Shown: one piece after another, positions 46,170-55,505 of the stretch | How the letters are laid out: every line of letters starts with the position of its first letter | How positions within the stretch are numbered: position 1 is the stretch's first letter | Assembly: GCA_050263095.1 (NCBI GenBank) | Contig: JBLNEW010000071.1 | Span: 30,175 to 94,174, forward strand | Direction: 5' to 3' | From: Deltaproteobacteria bacterium | Lineage (GTDB): Bacteria > Desulfobacterota > Deferrimicrobia > Deferrimicrobiales > Deferrimicrobiaceae | DNA: 64,000 nt | Notes under the pieces: model-generated | Database searches by the model: none | What the model saw: only the letters and a program-made list of their open reading frames with translations | Told to the model about the DNA's origin: nothing | Program-made: the position numbers and the translations under genes

Positions 46170-47144
46170 CTAAGCGGATTTCAACTTCTTTATCTCGGAA
46201 ATCATCTCGGGAACGGCCTTGAACAGGTCGGCCACCAGCCCGTAGTCGGCCACCTGGAAGATCGGCGCCTCCTCGTCCTTGTTGATCGCCACGATCACCT
46301 TGCTGTCCTTCATCCCCGCGAGATGCTGAATGGCCCCGGATATCCCCAGCGCGATGTACAGCTCGGGCGCCACGATCTTTCCGGTCTGCCCCACCTGCCA
46401 GTCGTTTGGCGCCCACCCGGCGTCCACCGCCGCGCGCGAGGCGCCGATCGCCGCGTGGAACAGGTCGGCCAGTTCCTCCACCATCTTGAAGTTCTCCTGC
46501 GCCTTGATGCCGCGTCCCGCCGAAACGATCACGCTTGCATCGGTGAGTTCGGGGCGCTCGGACTTTGTCTCCTGCCGGGAAACGAAAGCGCTGCCTCCCG
46601 CTTCCGCGGATACGGACACCTTCTCCACCGGGGCCTTTGCGCCGGCCGCCGGCGCCGGGTCGAAAGCCGTCTGCCGCACGGTGAACAGCAGAGGGCTCCC
46701 GGACATTTCAACCGTCGCGATCGCGTTGCCCGCATACATCGGGCGCATGACGCGAAGCTTGTCTCCGTCCTTCGAAAGGCCGACGATGTCGCTGGCAAGC
46801 GGGGCGTCGAGCAGGCCGGACAGGCGCGGCATGAAATCCTTGCCGAACGTCGACGCCGGGGCGAACACGGCGCCGTATCCCTTTTCCTTGACCACCCCGG
46901 CCACCGCAGGCGCATGTGTCACCGCGAGGTATTTCGCGAATGCCGCGCCCTCGCCCAGGAGCACCTTGCGAACGCCGCAGGCCGCCACCGTGTCAGCCAC
47001 CGCGCCGGCGTCGTCTCCCAGGACCAGCGCGTCGACCTCGCCTCCGGCAAGGCCGGCGTAGGCCTTCGCCGCGGTTATCGTCGCCAGGGTCGTTTTCCTG
47101 AAGACGCCTTCCTGGTGCTCGGCCACCACAAGTATGTCCGCCAT
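46170..47144 (-). CDS. etfA: Electron transfer flavoprotein alpha subunit
   Basis: MADILVVAEH... and the FAD-binding C-terminus IVSAGRG...VGQTGKIVAPELYIALGISGAIQH. Start at the ATG at 47144, preceded by GGGGAGG. Confidence 0.9.
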   Translation of the reverse strand: MADILVVAEHQEGVFRKTTLATITAAKAYAGLAGGEVDALVLGDDAGAVADTVAACGVRKVLLGEGAAFAKYLAVTHAPAVAGVVKEKGYGAVFAPASTFGKDFMPRLSGLLDAPLASDIVGLSKDGDKLRVMRPMYAGNAIATVEMSGSPLLFTVRQTAFDPAPAAGAKAPVEKVSVSAEAGGSAFVSRQETKSERPELTDASVIVSAGRGIKAQENFKMVEELADLFHAAIGASRAAVDAGWAPNDWQVGQTGKIVAPELYIALGISGAIQHLAGMKDSKVIVAINKDEEAPIFQVADYGLVADLFKAVPEMISEIKKLKSA

Positions 47145-47233
47145 CCCGTTTATCCTCCCCCATGAATAACTTAAAGGCCCGGGAACGTTCCCCAACTTTC
47201 GGATTCAACGTTAAAAACGTCCCCGGGGTAAAG

Positions 47234-47986
47234 TTACAGGACCTTCGCCTCGTTTTTCAGCTTGGCCACCAGCTCGGCGACGTCGGCCACCTTCCTCCCG
47301 CCGGCCCGCTCCTTGGGCGGCGCAAGAGAAAGCAGCCGTACCTTCGGCGCGGCGTCGACCCCCAGCGAAGCGGCGGGGACTACCTTCATCTCCTTCTTCT
47401 TCGCTTTCATGATCCCGGGGAGCGACGCGTAGCGGGGCTCGTTCAGCCGAAGATCGGTCGTCACCACGCAGGGAAGCGTCACCTCGATCGTCTCCAGTCC
47501 GCCGTCCACCTCCCGTGTGACGTGCGCCTTCTTGCTGTCTGACACGAATTCCACCTTCGAGGCGAACGTCGCCTGGGGCCAGGAAAGCAGCGCCGCGAGG
47601 ATCTGCCCCACCTGGTTGCTGTCGTCGTCGACCGCCTGCTTCCCCATCAGAACCAGGTCGGGCTTCTCCTGCCCGACTATCCTGGCCATGTGCTTGGCCA
47701 CGGCGAGGCAGTCCAGCCCTTTATCCGCCTCCACCAGAATCGCCCGGTCCGCGCCCATCGCCAGCGCGGTGCGCACCTGCTGCTCGCCCTCCCTGGGCCC
47801 GACCGTGAGGACCGCCACCTCGCCGCCCTGCTTCTCCTTGATCCGCAGCGCTTCCTCCACGGCTATCTCGCAGAACGGGTTGATGACCATCTTGATGTTA
47901 TCCAGGTTGATCCCGCTGCCGTCCGGCCTGATCTTCACCTTCTCGTCCGGATTGGGGACGGGCTTGATCGCCACCAGAATCTTCAC
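47234..47986 (-). CDS. etfB: Electron transfer flavoprotein beta subunit
   Basis: MKILVAIKPVPNPDEKVKI...NPFCEIAVEEALR...LVLMGKQAVDDDSNQVG. Confidence 0.9.
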   Translation of the reverse strand: MKILVAIKPVPNPDEKVKIRPDGSGINLDNIKMVINPFCEIAVEEALRIKEKQGGEVAVLTVGPREGEQQVRTALAMGADRAILVEADKGLDCLAVAKHMARIVGQEKPDLVLMGKQAVDDDSNQVGQILAALLSWPQATFASKVEFVSDSKKAHVTREVDGGLETIEVTLPCVVTTDLRLNEPRYASLPGIMKAKKKEMKVVPAASLGVDAAPKVRLLSLAPPKERAGGRKVADVAELVAKLKNEAKVL

Positions 47987-48078
47987 GCCGCACCTCCGCG
48001 GTGATTGAGTCCGAAGGTTTTTAAAAACATGGGGATGATACCGGATCGCGCCGGATGAATCAATATAATAATGAATGG

Positions 48079-48456
48079 CTATTCAGTAAGCAGAAAAGGG
48101 AGCAGGAGCGGGACGAAAACCGAGAACAGGGCGCCGGCCCCGCCGCCGGCGGCGTCCGCGATCCAGTCGAAAAATTCCGTCGATCGCCCGGGGATCCAGT
48201 GCTGGTGGGCCTCGTCCACGGCGCCGACAAAAGCCGTGAAGAGCAGGGCAACCAGGGCCGCCCTGCCAGGCGGACTGCCGGAGGCTCTGCGCCACAAGGC
48301 GCAGAGGAAACCCATGACGCCGTAGAAGCAGAAGTGCGCGATCTTGTCGGCGTAAGGCAGCGGGACATCCACCCGCGTGTGGGGAACGGATGTCAACAGA
48401 AAGGTGAAAGCCACCCAGATGAACAGCAGCGCCAGGTATGTCCTTCTACGGATCAT
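48079..48456 (-). CDS. VanZ-like family membrane protein
   Basis: Four TM segments with DKIAHFCFYG and VDEAHQHWIPGRSTEFFDWIAD motifs. Confidence 0.75.
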   Translation of the reverse strand: MIRRRTYLALLFIWVAFTFLLTSVPHTRVDVPLPYADKIAHFCFYGVMGFLCALWRRASGSPPGRAALVALLFTAFVGAVDEAHQHWIPGRSTEFFDWIADAAGGGAGALFSVFVPLLLPFLLTE

Positions 48457-48495
48457 GAGTCGAGGGGGGTAAAGTTTCTTGAGGCGCCCTTGTTT

Positions 48496-49530
48496 TCAGA
48501 CGCGGCCCTGTCGGGAATACCACTGTTCGTAGAACTTCAGGTATTCGCCGGATTGCACGGAGCGCATCCATTCCCGGTTCTCCAGGTACCATCGGACGGT
48601 CTCCCGAAGTCCCTCCTCGAAGGGGACCTTCGGGGCGACGCCGAGTTCCCTGCGCACCTTCGAATCGTCGATCGCGTACCTGCGGTCGTGCCCGGGGCGG
48701 TCGGCGACGAACTTCATGAGCGACTCCGGTTTCCCGAGAAACGACAACAGCAGTTTGGTGATCTCTATGTTGGTCCGCTCGTTCCCTCCCCCGATGTTGT
48801 AGATCTCCCCGGGCCGGCCGCCCAGCAGCACCGCATCGATCGCCCGGGAATGGTCGTCCACGTGAATCCAGTCGCGCACGTTCATCCCGTCGCCGTATAC
48901 CGGCACCGGCTTGTTCTCCCGCAGGATGGAGATAAAGAAAGGAATGAGCTTCTCGGGGAACTGGAACGGCCCGTAATTGTTCGAGCAGCGGGTGACTATG
49001 GCCGGAACTCCATACGTCTTGAACCAGGAGCGGGCAAGGAGGTCCCCCGCCGTCTTGCTGGCCGCGTAGGGGGAATTGGGGCGAAGCGGCGATTCCTCGG
49101 TGAATTTTCCCTGCGGGCCAAGCGATCCGTAAACCTCGTCGGTGGATATCTGAACGTAGCGCCCGATCCCCTGCCGGCGCGCCTCCTCCAGAAGAACCTG
49201 GGTGCCCAAAACATTGGTCCTGAGGAACAGGGAGGGATCGTCTATGCTGCGGTCGACATGGGTCTCCGCGGCGAAGTTGACGATCGCGTCGGGGCGCTCG
49301 GCGGCGACGATCTCGCCGATGCGCGCGCTGTCGCAGATATCGGCCCGGACGAAGCCGTAGCGGTCGTCTCCCTCCAGGTCCTTCAGGTTCGCCAGGTTAC
49401 CCGCATACGTGAGCTTGTCGACGTTTACGATCCGCCAGTCTTCATGGGCGCCCAGCATGTACCTTATGAAGTTGGAACCGATGAAGCCCGCCCCGCCCGC
49501 GACGAGAAGTTTGACTCCGTTCTCCCTCAT
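48496..49530 (-). CDS. rfbB: dTDP-glucose 4,6-dehydratase
   Basis: LLVAGGAGFIGSNFIRY, DKLTYAGNLANL, STDEVYG and YAASKTAGD motifs. Confidence 0.9.
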   Translation of the reverse strand: MRENGVKLLVAGGAGFIGSNFIRYMLGAHEDWRIVNVDKLTYAGNLANLKDLEGDDRYGFVRADICDSARIGEIVAAERPDAIVNFAAETHVDRSIDDPSLFLRTNVLGTQVLLEEARRQGIGRYVQISTDEVYGSLGPQGKFTEESPLRPNSPYAASKTAGDLLARSWFKTYGVPAIVTRCSNNYGPFQFPEKLIPFFISILRENKPVPVYGDGMNVRDWIHVDDHSRAIDAVLLGGRPGEIYNIGGGNERTNIEITKLLLSFLGKPESLMKFVADRPGHDRRYAIDDSKVRRELGVAPKVPFEEGLRETVRWYLENREWMRSVQSGEYLKFYEQWYSRQGRV

Positions 49531-49982
49531 CCGTCTTTCCGGTCCCAGGAGTAAGGGATGTCGTTCACGTGCGGATCCACACGATGCTCGTCCGGCTCTT
49601 TATAGTTGTATGGCTCCGTGGGCACGTTGATGAGCAGCGCCTCCTCCGTTCCGATCGCCTTGAATCCGTGGTAGACGAGCGGGGGGATCCGGAGCAGGAC
49701 AGGCCGATGCTCGCCCATGAAGAACTCGTTCACCTCCCCCTTCGTCGGGGAGCCGTCCCGTGAATCGTAAAGCGCCACTTTCATCATCCCCTTTACCACG
49801 CAGAAATGATCGGTCTGCACCTTGTGGTAGTGCCATGCCTTTACAACGCCCGGAAAGCCCGTCGTGAGATACACCTGGCCGAATTTCCGGAATATTTCGT
49901 CGTCCGCCCGCAGGATCTCCATCAAGCGGCCGCGCTCGTCCGGGATAACCTTGAGCTGCTTGACCACGACGCCGTCGATCAT
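49527..49982 (-). CDS. RmlC-like cupin (short dTDP-4-dehydrorhamnose 3,5-epimerase-like, SpsL type)
   Basis: IPDERGRLMEIL...KAWHYHKVQTDHFCVVKG...PPLVYHGF. 151 aa, overlapping rfbB by 4 nt. The exact activity (epimerase versus ketoisomerase) cannot be told from the sequence alone. Confidence 0.7.
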   Translation of the reverse strand: MIDGVVVKQLKVIPDERGRLMEILRADDEIFRKFGQVYLTTGFPGVVKAWHYHKVQTDHFCVVKGMMKVALYDSRDGSPTKGEVNEFFMGEHRPVLLRIPPLVYHGFKAIGTEEALLINVPTEPYNYKEPDEHRVDPHVNDIPYSWDRKDG

Positions 49983-50102
49983 CTCTCACCGTCCCCCGTC
50001 TGCGTTGATGCGTGCGCACGATTTCCCCCTGAACGCATCATGCATGCTCCCAGGCGGCATCAACGCCAGGATCGATAATTTCATGAACGTCCCCGTCGAA
50101 AA

Positions 50103-51452
50103 TTACGGTGCGGATGCGTGGGATTCGACCGCCTTGCGTCCCACGGAGTGATACTGGAACCCGCGCTCCTTCATCTTTTTCGCATCGTAGACGTTGCGGC
50201 CGTCGAAGATGACCGGCTGCCGCATCAGGTTCTTCATAAGTCCGAAGTCGGGCTTGCGGAATTCGTTCCACTCGGTTACCAGGACGAGGGCATCGGCACC
50301 CTGGAGCGCGCCGTAGCAGGATTCGGCATACTCCAGCCGCTCCCCGTAACGCTGCCTCGCCCCTTCCATGGCCTCCGGGTCGAATACGACGACCGACGCC
50401 TTGGCCTTCAGCAGCTCGTCGATGATGTAAAATACCGGGGCCTCCCGGGTATCGTCCGTGTTCGGCTTGAACGCGATACCCCACACCGCCACTCGCAGCC
50501 CGTCCAGCTTCCCCTTGAAGTGCGCTTCCATCTTCCGGTAAAACTTCTTTCTCTGCTCCTGGTTGATATCCTCGACCGACTGAAGGATCGAAAGCGGCGT
50601 TCCCGCATCCGCGGCGCTCTTCAACAGCGCCTTTACGTCCTTGGGAAGACAGGATCCGCCGTACCCGAGGCCCGGGAACAGGAACTTGCTGCCTATGCGC
50701 GAATCCGAGCCTATGCCCTGCCGGACCTTGTCGATGTCGGCTCCCACCGCTTCGCAGAAGCTCGCAAGGTCGTTCATGTAGGAAATCTTCATGGCAAGGA
50801 AGGCGTTTGCCGAATACTTGGTCACTTCGGCGCTCTTTTCGTCCATGACTATGACCGGGTTGCCCGCCGGGATGAACGGTTCATAGAGGTCCTGCAGGAT
50901 GGCGACCGCCCTCTCGCTCCGGCTGCCGATCACCACGCGCTCGGGGCGCAGGAAATCCTCGACCGCATATCCCTCCCTCAGGAACTCGGGATTGGACACC
51001 ACGTCGAACTCGATTTTCGCGTCCGTGTGCCTGCGGATCGCCGCGTCGACCTTCTCGCTGGTCCCCACCGGCACGGTGCTCTTGTCGACGATCACCTTGT
51101 ACCCGGTGGCCACTTTGCCCGCAAGGATCTTCCCGATCCCGTCGGCCACCTGCAGGACGTATTTCAGGTCCGCCGACCCATCCTCCCCCGGCGGGGTCGG
51201 AAGGCAAAGGAACACGACTTCCGACTGCAGGACCGCCTCCTCCAGGTTGGACGAAAACTTTATCCTGCCCTTCTTCAGGTTCCGAAGGTATATTTCCTCG
51301 AGCCCCGGTTCGTATATCGTCACGTGGCCCGACGCCAGTTTCCCGACTATATCCGGATTATTGTCCACGCAGTGCACACCATTCCCCCGCTCCGCCAGGC
51401 ACACGCCCGTAACCAGCCCGACATAACCGGTCCCGATAATGGCAACGTTCAT
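50103..51452 (-). CDS. ugd: UDP-glucose 6-dehydrogenase
   Basis: MNVAIIGTGYVGLVTG, GLGYGGSCLPKD (catalytic Cys) and VWGIAFKPNTDD motifs. Start moved to the ATG at 51452; the track start at 51641 adds 63 non-homologous residues. Confidence 0.9.
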   Translation of the reverse strand: MNVAIIGTGYVGLVTGVCLAERGNGVHCVDNNPDIVGKLASGHVTIYEPGLEEIYLRNLKKGRIKFSSNLEEAVLQSEVVFLCLPTPPGEDGSADLKYVLQVADGIGKILAGKVATGYKVIVDKSTVPVGTSEKVDAAIRRHTDAKIEFDVVSNPEFLREGYAVEDFLRPERVVIGSRSERAVAILQDLYEPFIPAGNPVIVMDEKSAEVTKYSANAFLAMKISYMNDLASFCEAVGADIDKVRQGIGSDSRIGSKFLFPGLGYGGSCLPKDVKALLKSAADAGTPLSILQSVEDINQEQRKKFYRKMEAHFKGKLDGLRVAVWGIAFKPNTDDTREAPVFYIIDELLKAKASVVVFDPEAMEGARQRYGERLEYAESCYGALQGADALVLVTEWNEFRKPDFGLMKNLMRQPVIFDGRNVYDAKKMKERGFQYHSVGRKAVESHASAP

Positions 51453-51625
51453 CTGTCCATCTCCGTCTTGGAGGATTTCGAACCCTGGCCCCGAACCGGC
51501 CGCAATGCGAACGAATACTTCCAGCCTGATTATATACATACAGGAATCGTCCCGCCCTGGGAATACCGTTGCTCGCGGGGTTATGGTTAAATATCCGGGC
51601 GGCCGAAAGTTCCGGGGGGCGTTTC

Positions 51626-52447
51626 TTGAAAATTCGGACATGGGCTATCGCCTGCGTGCCGGCGGTAATGATCATCGCCGGTGACGCGTTCGGGCAGCAG
51701 ATACGAGTGTCGGTGAAAGGCGAGGTCTCGCAACCAGGCGAATACGCTGTGCGAAAGGGGGACCGGCTCTCTTCCCTTCTAGAGCGGGCGGGAGGTTTCA
51801 CCGACAACGCATGGATGGACGGAGCGGCGATTTCCCGGCAATCGGCACGATCACAAGCGGAAGCGCGTCTCCGGGACCTGGTATCAATGATCGAGCGCAA
51901 GATTTTCGCCGCGCACGGGGAGGAAGCCCGGAAGCGGGAATTCCTGCTGAAGTTATCGGAGCTTGCGCCGATCGGGTCGATCCCGGTCCGGCTTGCCCAT
52001 CCCCGCCTGCTCAAGGGAAGCGATGGCGACATTCCTCTCGAGGACGGCGATTCGCTTCTGGTGCGGTCGAAGAAAGACCTTGTAGCGGTCATCGGCGCAG
52101 TCAAGGCGCCCCGCACCTTTTCCCCTTTCTCTTCGAAAACGGACCCCGGAATCTACGTTCGGGAAGCAGGAGGATACGCGGAGGACGCGGATCGGAAGCA
52201 CGCCTACCTGGTCAAGGCGGACGGCACGGCGACTCCCCTCTTCCGTGAATGGATACGCTGGAACGCGGGCAAGTCCCGATGGGAGATCCCCTCCTTCAGC
52301 GAGCCCTCGCCGCAGGTCGATCCCGGGGACACGATCGTGGTCCCGCGAAAACCGGCCCGCTCATCCTGGGCGCGCAATATCGACGGCCTCCCTCGGCTTC
52401 TGTTGGAAATCCATGTCCTGACCGGCGTCCGGATCGACCCTCCGTGA
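51626..52447 (+). CDS. Periplasmic SLBB/beta-grasp polysaccharide-export protein (GfcC/YjbG-like)
   Basis: The TTG start gives the signal peptide MKIRTWAIACVPAVMIIAGDAFG. There are two SLBB-like units (VSVKGEVSQPGEYAVRKGDRLSSLLERAGG; VAVIGAVKAPRTF...). No Wza-type Poly_export N-domain or C-terminal helix. Coupled (GTGA) to a YjbH/GfcD-like gene. Confidence 0.6.
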   Translation: MKIRTWAIACVPAVMIIAGDAFGQQIRVSVKGEVSQPGEYAVRKGDRLSSLLERAGGFTDNAWMDGAAISRQSARSQAEARLRDLVSMIERKIFAAHGEEARKREFLLKLSELAPIGSIPVRLAHPRLLKGSDGDIPLEDGDSLLVRSKKDLVAVIGAVKAPRTFSPFSSKTDPGIYVREAGGYAEDADRKHAYLVKADGTATPLFREWIRWNAGKSRWEIPSFSEPSPQVDPGDTIVVPRKPARSSWARNIDGLPRLLLEIHVLTGVRIDPP

Positions 52448-54525
52448 GCCGGACCTTTACCGAAAAAACGCCTGGTCGGGCGCTCCCGCTCCTCCTTGCG
52501 TGTGTTTTATGCCTTGGCGCGCACCCCTGCTTCGCAGACGACGAGCCGTTCACCTTCCCGTCAAACCTGGGCCTGACCGGCCTTCTGGAGACCCCGACCG
52601 CCCGCGTGTTGAAGGAAAACAGGTACCGCCTTGGAGCGAGCCAGGCGCACCCATACCGGACTTATTTCGGCGCCGTCGGGATATTCCCGCGCGTTGAGGT
52701 AAACGGCAGGATCACTGAAGTCCTCGACGTTCCGATCCCGGAAGATCCCTCCAATGAAAAGAGTTTCAAGGACAAGGCGATCGACATCAAGCTTCAGCTC
52801 GTCCCCGAGGGGAAATACGCGCCCGCACTGGCCCTGGCTATTCTGGACCCTCACGGCACGCGGCTGTACACGTCGCAGGCGATCGTCGCCAGCAAGCAGG
52901 TCTACCCTTTCGATTTCACCATCGGGATAGGCAACGGACGCTACGGCAAAAGGGCGCTGCCCGCCCAGGGGGAGGGATTCGGGCTGGAGCTCTTCACGAA
53001 ACCCGGGCAATGGTGGAAGGACGCCCAGCCCTTCGGGGGGATCCAGTTCGCGCCTTCGGAGAAGTTCGCCCTCCTGGCCGAATACAGCCCCATCCTGTAC
53101 CACAAGCAGACAAGCGACCTTGCGCAGCCCAAATATTTCAATACGCCGGTGCCGTCCCGCCTGAACTTCGGCGTGAGATGGAAGCCGGCCCGCTGGGCGG
53201 AGATCGACGCAAGCTGGCAGAGGGGCAACCAGTTCGCGGTCGGCGCATCGGTTGCATTCGACATCGGAAGGCCGCTGGTACCGATATACGATCCCCCGTA
53301 CCGCGAGCCTGCTTCAATTAGCAGGGAGCCGACATATGACCGGATCACCGAAGCCCTGCGACAGTCCGGCTTCAGCGACATCGGGGTGAATGCCGACGGC
53401 CTCACCCTGTTCGTCGAGGCCCAGAACGACACCTACTTCTTCACGCCCCGGGCCATCGAAGTCATCCTGGATGTAATATCGGACCTCATACCCAGGAACG
53501 TCGACTACGTACGCATTCTTATAAAGGAAGACGGCATCCCCCAGGTGGAGTTCGCAGCGACCGTGAGCGGAATAGCCGACCTCCGGGCCGGAAGAGTCCC
53601 GCCGCACAGCCTGTTCGAGGCATCGCCGTTCAGGACGGAAAACAGCAGGACCTACGTCAAGGATACCTCTTACAGGCGCTGGTATTCGTACGGCGCCAAG
53701 CCCTCCCTGGAGACCTTTTTGAACGACCCGTCCGGATACGTGAAATTCCGCTTCGGTCTGCTCGGCTGGCTTCACGCCTACCCGTGGAAGGGGGGAACGG
53801 CGATTCTCGGCCTGGAGGGGTACCCGGTCAACACCGCCTCGCTTTCCACGGTCCCCCTTTCCATCCCGGTGAGGAGCGACATCGCCGCATACAAAAAGGA
53901 GAAAGCGACCCTTGGAAGATTGATCTTCGAGCAGATGCTCAAGACAGAAGACCCGGTCTACGGAAGGATTTCGGCGGGACTGCTCGAGGTCGAGTACGCC
54001 GGCGTCGATGGAGAAGCTGCAATGCCGTTTTTCCGCGGGCGCATCCTCGCGGGCGTAAGCGGCAGCGCCGTCAGGAAACGAGACCCGGGAGACCCATTCA
54101 AGCTCATCGGTGACGGGAATTTCCACACCGCCTTCCTCAACGCGCGGCTGAACCTGCCGGAATACAACGTCCACGTCGACGTAAAGGGGGGAAGATTCCT
54201 GGCAGGGGACATGGGGGCCAGGGTCTCCGTATCGAAGTTCGTAAATGGCGTGGTCCTTTCAGCCTGGTACAGCTTCACCGACACCTCGAAATTCAACGAT
54301 TCCTTCAACAACGGATACCACGACAAGGGGATTTCGGTCGACATCCCGATCCGGCTCTTCACGGGGCACGATTCCAAAACCAGTTACCGTTACGCGCTGT
54401 CGCCGTGGACAAGGGATGTGGCGCAGGACGTCGACCACTACCGGACGCTGTTCGACTTGATAGGCAGGAACGCCGGGGTTTGCCTTGACAAGGACAGGGA
54501 AAGTCTGTATAAATCCAGAAGGTAA
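52444..54525 (+). CDS. YjbH/GfcD-family outer-membrane exopolysaccharide protein
   Basis: The GTG start overlaps the upstream stop. Signal peptide, then FPSNLGLTGLLETPTARVLKENRYRLGAS, the YjbH N-terminal signature as I recall it. Large beta-rich body. Confidence 0.75.
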   Translation: MSRTFTEKTPGRALPLLLACVLCLGAHPCFADDEPFTFPSNLGLTGLLETPTARVLKENRYRLGASQAHPYRTYFGAVGIFPRVEVNGRITEVLDVPIPEDPSNEKSFKDKAIDIKLQLVPEGKYAPALALAILDPHGTRLYTSQAIVASKQVYPFDFTIGIGNGRYGKRALPAQGEGFGLELFTKPGQWWKDAQPFGGIQFAPSEKFALLAEYSPILYHKQTSDLAQPKYFNTPVPSRLNFGVRWKPARWAEIDASWQRGNQFAVGASVAFDIGRPLVPIYDPPYREPASISREPTYDRITEALRQSGFSDIGVNADGLTLFVEAQNDTYFFTPRAIEVILDVISDLIPRNVDYVRILIKEDGIPQVEFAATVSGIADLRAGRVPPHSLFEASPFRTENSRTYVKDTSYRRWYSYGAKPSLETFLNDPSGYVKFRFGLLGWLHAYPWKGGTAILGLEGYPVNTASLSTVPLSIPVRSDIAAYKKEKATLGRLIFEQMLKTEDPVYGRISAGLLEVEYAGVDGEAAMPFFRGRILAGVSGSAVRKRDPGDPFKLIGDGNFHTAFLNARLNLPEYNVHVDVKGGRFLAGDMGARVSVSKFVNGVVLSAWYSFTDTSKFNDSFNNGYHDKGISVDIPIRLFTGHDSKTSYRYALSPWTRDVAQDVDHYRTLFDLIGRNAGVCLDKDRESLYKSRR

Positions 54526-54550
54526 TTAAGCAAACCACAAGGAGATTAAA

Positions 54551-54904
54551 ATGAAGAACGGAGCAGGGAAAATCTCCTTGAGAAACATCGTTTCCGCTTT
54601 TACTATCGCCACCTTCCTGATCGCTGCGCAAGGTGCCGTAATGAGCGCATTTGCCGCCGATGACTGGCAGCTTTGGCCCAAGGTAAAAAGCGTCGAGGCC
54701 GCGGGGCCTGCGAAGCCTGGAACGCCCGAAGCGGCAGGGGCGGCAAACGCCGGGGAAGCGGCCGGAAAAGCCGCGGCCGGCGGCGTATCCGCTGGAACGA
54801 TCGGGTGGGCGGCGGCGATCGGAGCCGGCATTATCGCGGCAGGAATCGCCATAGGAAGCGGAGGGAACGGGGGAACCACGTCGGCTCCGGCCTGCCAGCA
54901 ATAA
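54551..54904 (+). CDS. Small secreted Ala/Gly-rich protein with a C-terminal glycine-zipper segment
   Basis: Signal peptide (...VMSAFA|ADD), a low-complexity A/G/P region and GTIGWAAAIGAGIIAAGIAIGSGG, ending ...SAPACQQ. It occupies the position of small YjbE/GfcA-type proteins, but I saw no sequence similarity to them. Confidence 0.45.
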   Translation: MKNGAGKISLRNIVSAFTIATFLIAAQGAVMSAFAADDWQLWPKVKSVEAAGPAKPGTPEAAGAANAGEAAGKAAAGGVSAGTIGWAAAIGAGIIAAGIAIGSGGNGGTTSAPACQQ

Positions 54905-54991
54905 CGGACGTTCCAAACGCGTTCCGGTCACCCATGCAGTAACAGGAATTCTTTTCTGCGCACATACCTCCCGGTCATCTGCGCGGCGCTT

Positions 54992-55450
54992 TTGATTGCC
55001 GTCCCGCACCCGCTTCTCCACTCAGGCGAATCCGACCAAGCCTTGGGGGAAATCCTCCTTTCCGCGGAATCGATATTCAAGGCGATGAAAAACAGGGATT
55101 TCCCTGGAATATGGTCTGTCCTCTCCGAAGCGTCCCGCAGCTCCATCATCCGCGAAACGTCCGCATCGATCATCCGGTCCGGCGGAAAGGAAGTCGCAAC
55201 GGAAGATCTGCGGAAGGATTTCGTCGAGGGCGGCCCAGTCGCAACCGATTACTGGAACGGATTCCTGGAACACTTCGATCCGGACCTGGCCCTCGAACAG
55301 AGCAAGTGGGAAAAAGGATCGATCGGCGGCGAACGCGCGGAGATCCGCCTGACCTACAGGAATGCGGAAAGGCCGGCGCTGCTGCTGATGTTCCGGGAAA
55401 AGGGCGCATGGAAAGTCGGGCTGATCGAAACGTTCGGAGCGAGGAAGTGA
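54992..55450 (+). CDS. Hypothetical protein
   Basis: 152 aa from the TTG, no family recognised. The frame is open upstream to 54905 and encodes a signal-peptide-like LRTYLPVICAALLIAVPHPLL, but only a CTG (54956) is available as a start. Export status is therefore unclear. Confidence 0.4.
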   Translation: MIAVPHPLLHSGESDQALGEILLSAESIFKAMKNRDFPGIWSVLSEASRSSIIRETSASIIRSGGKEVATEDLRKDFVEGGPVATDYWNGFLEHFDPDLALEQSKWEKGSIGGERAEIRLTYRNAERPALLLMFREKGAWKVGLIETFGARK

Positions 55451-55505
55451 GAAGCCATCGTGTCCCGGGGTCGAGAAGTCCTGGAACTTCCCCGGTCAAG
55501 TAACT

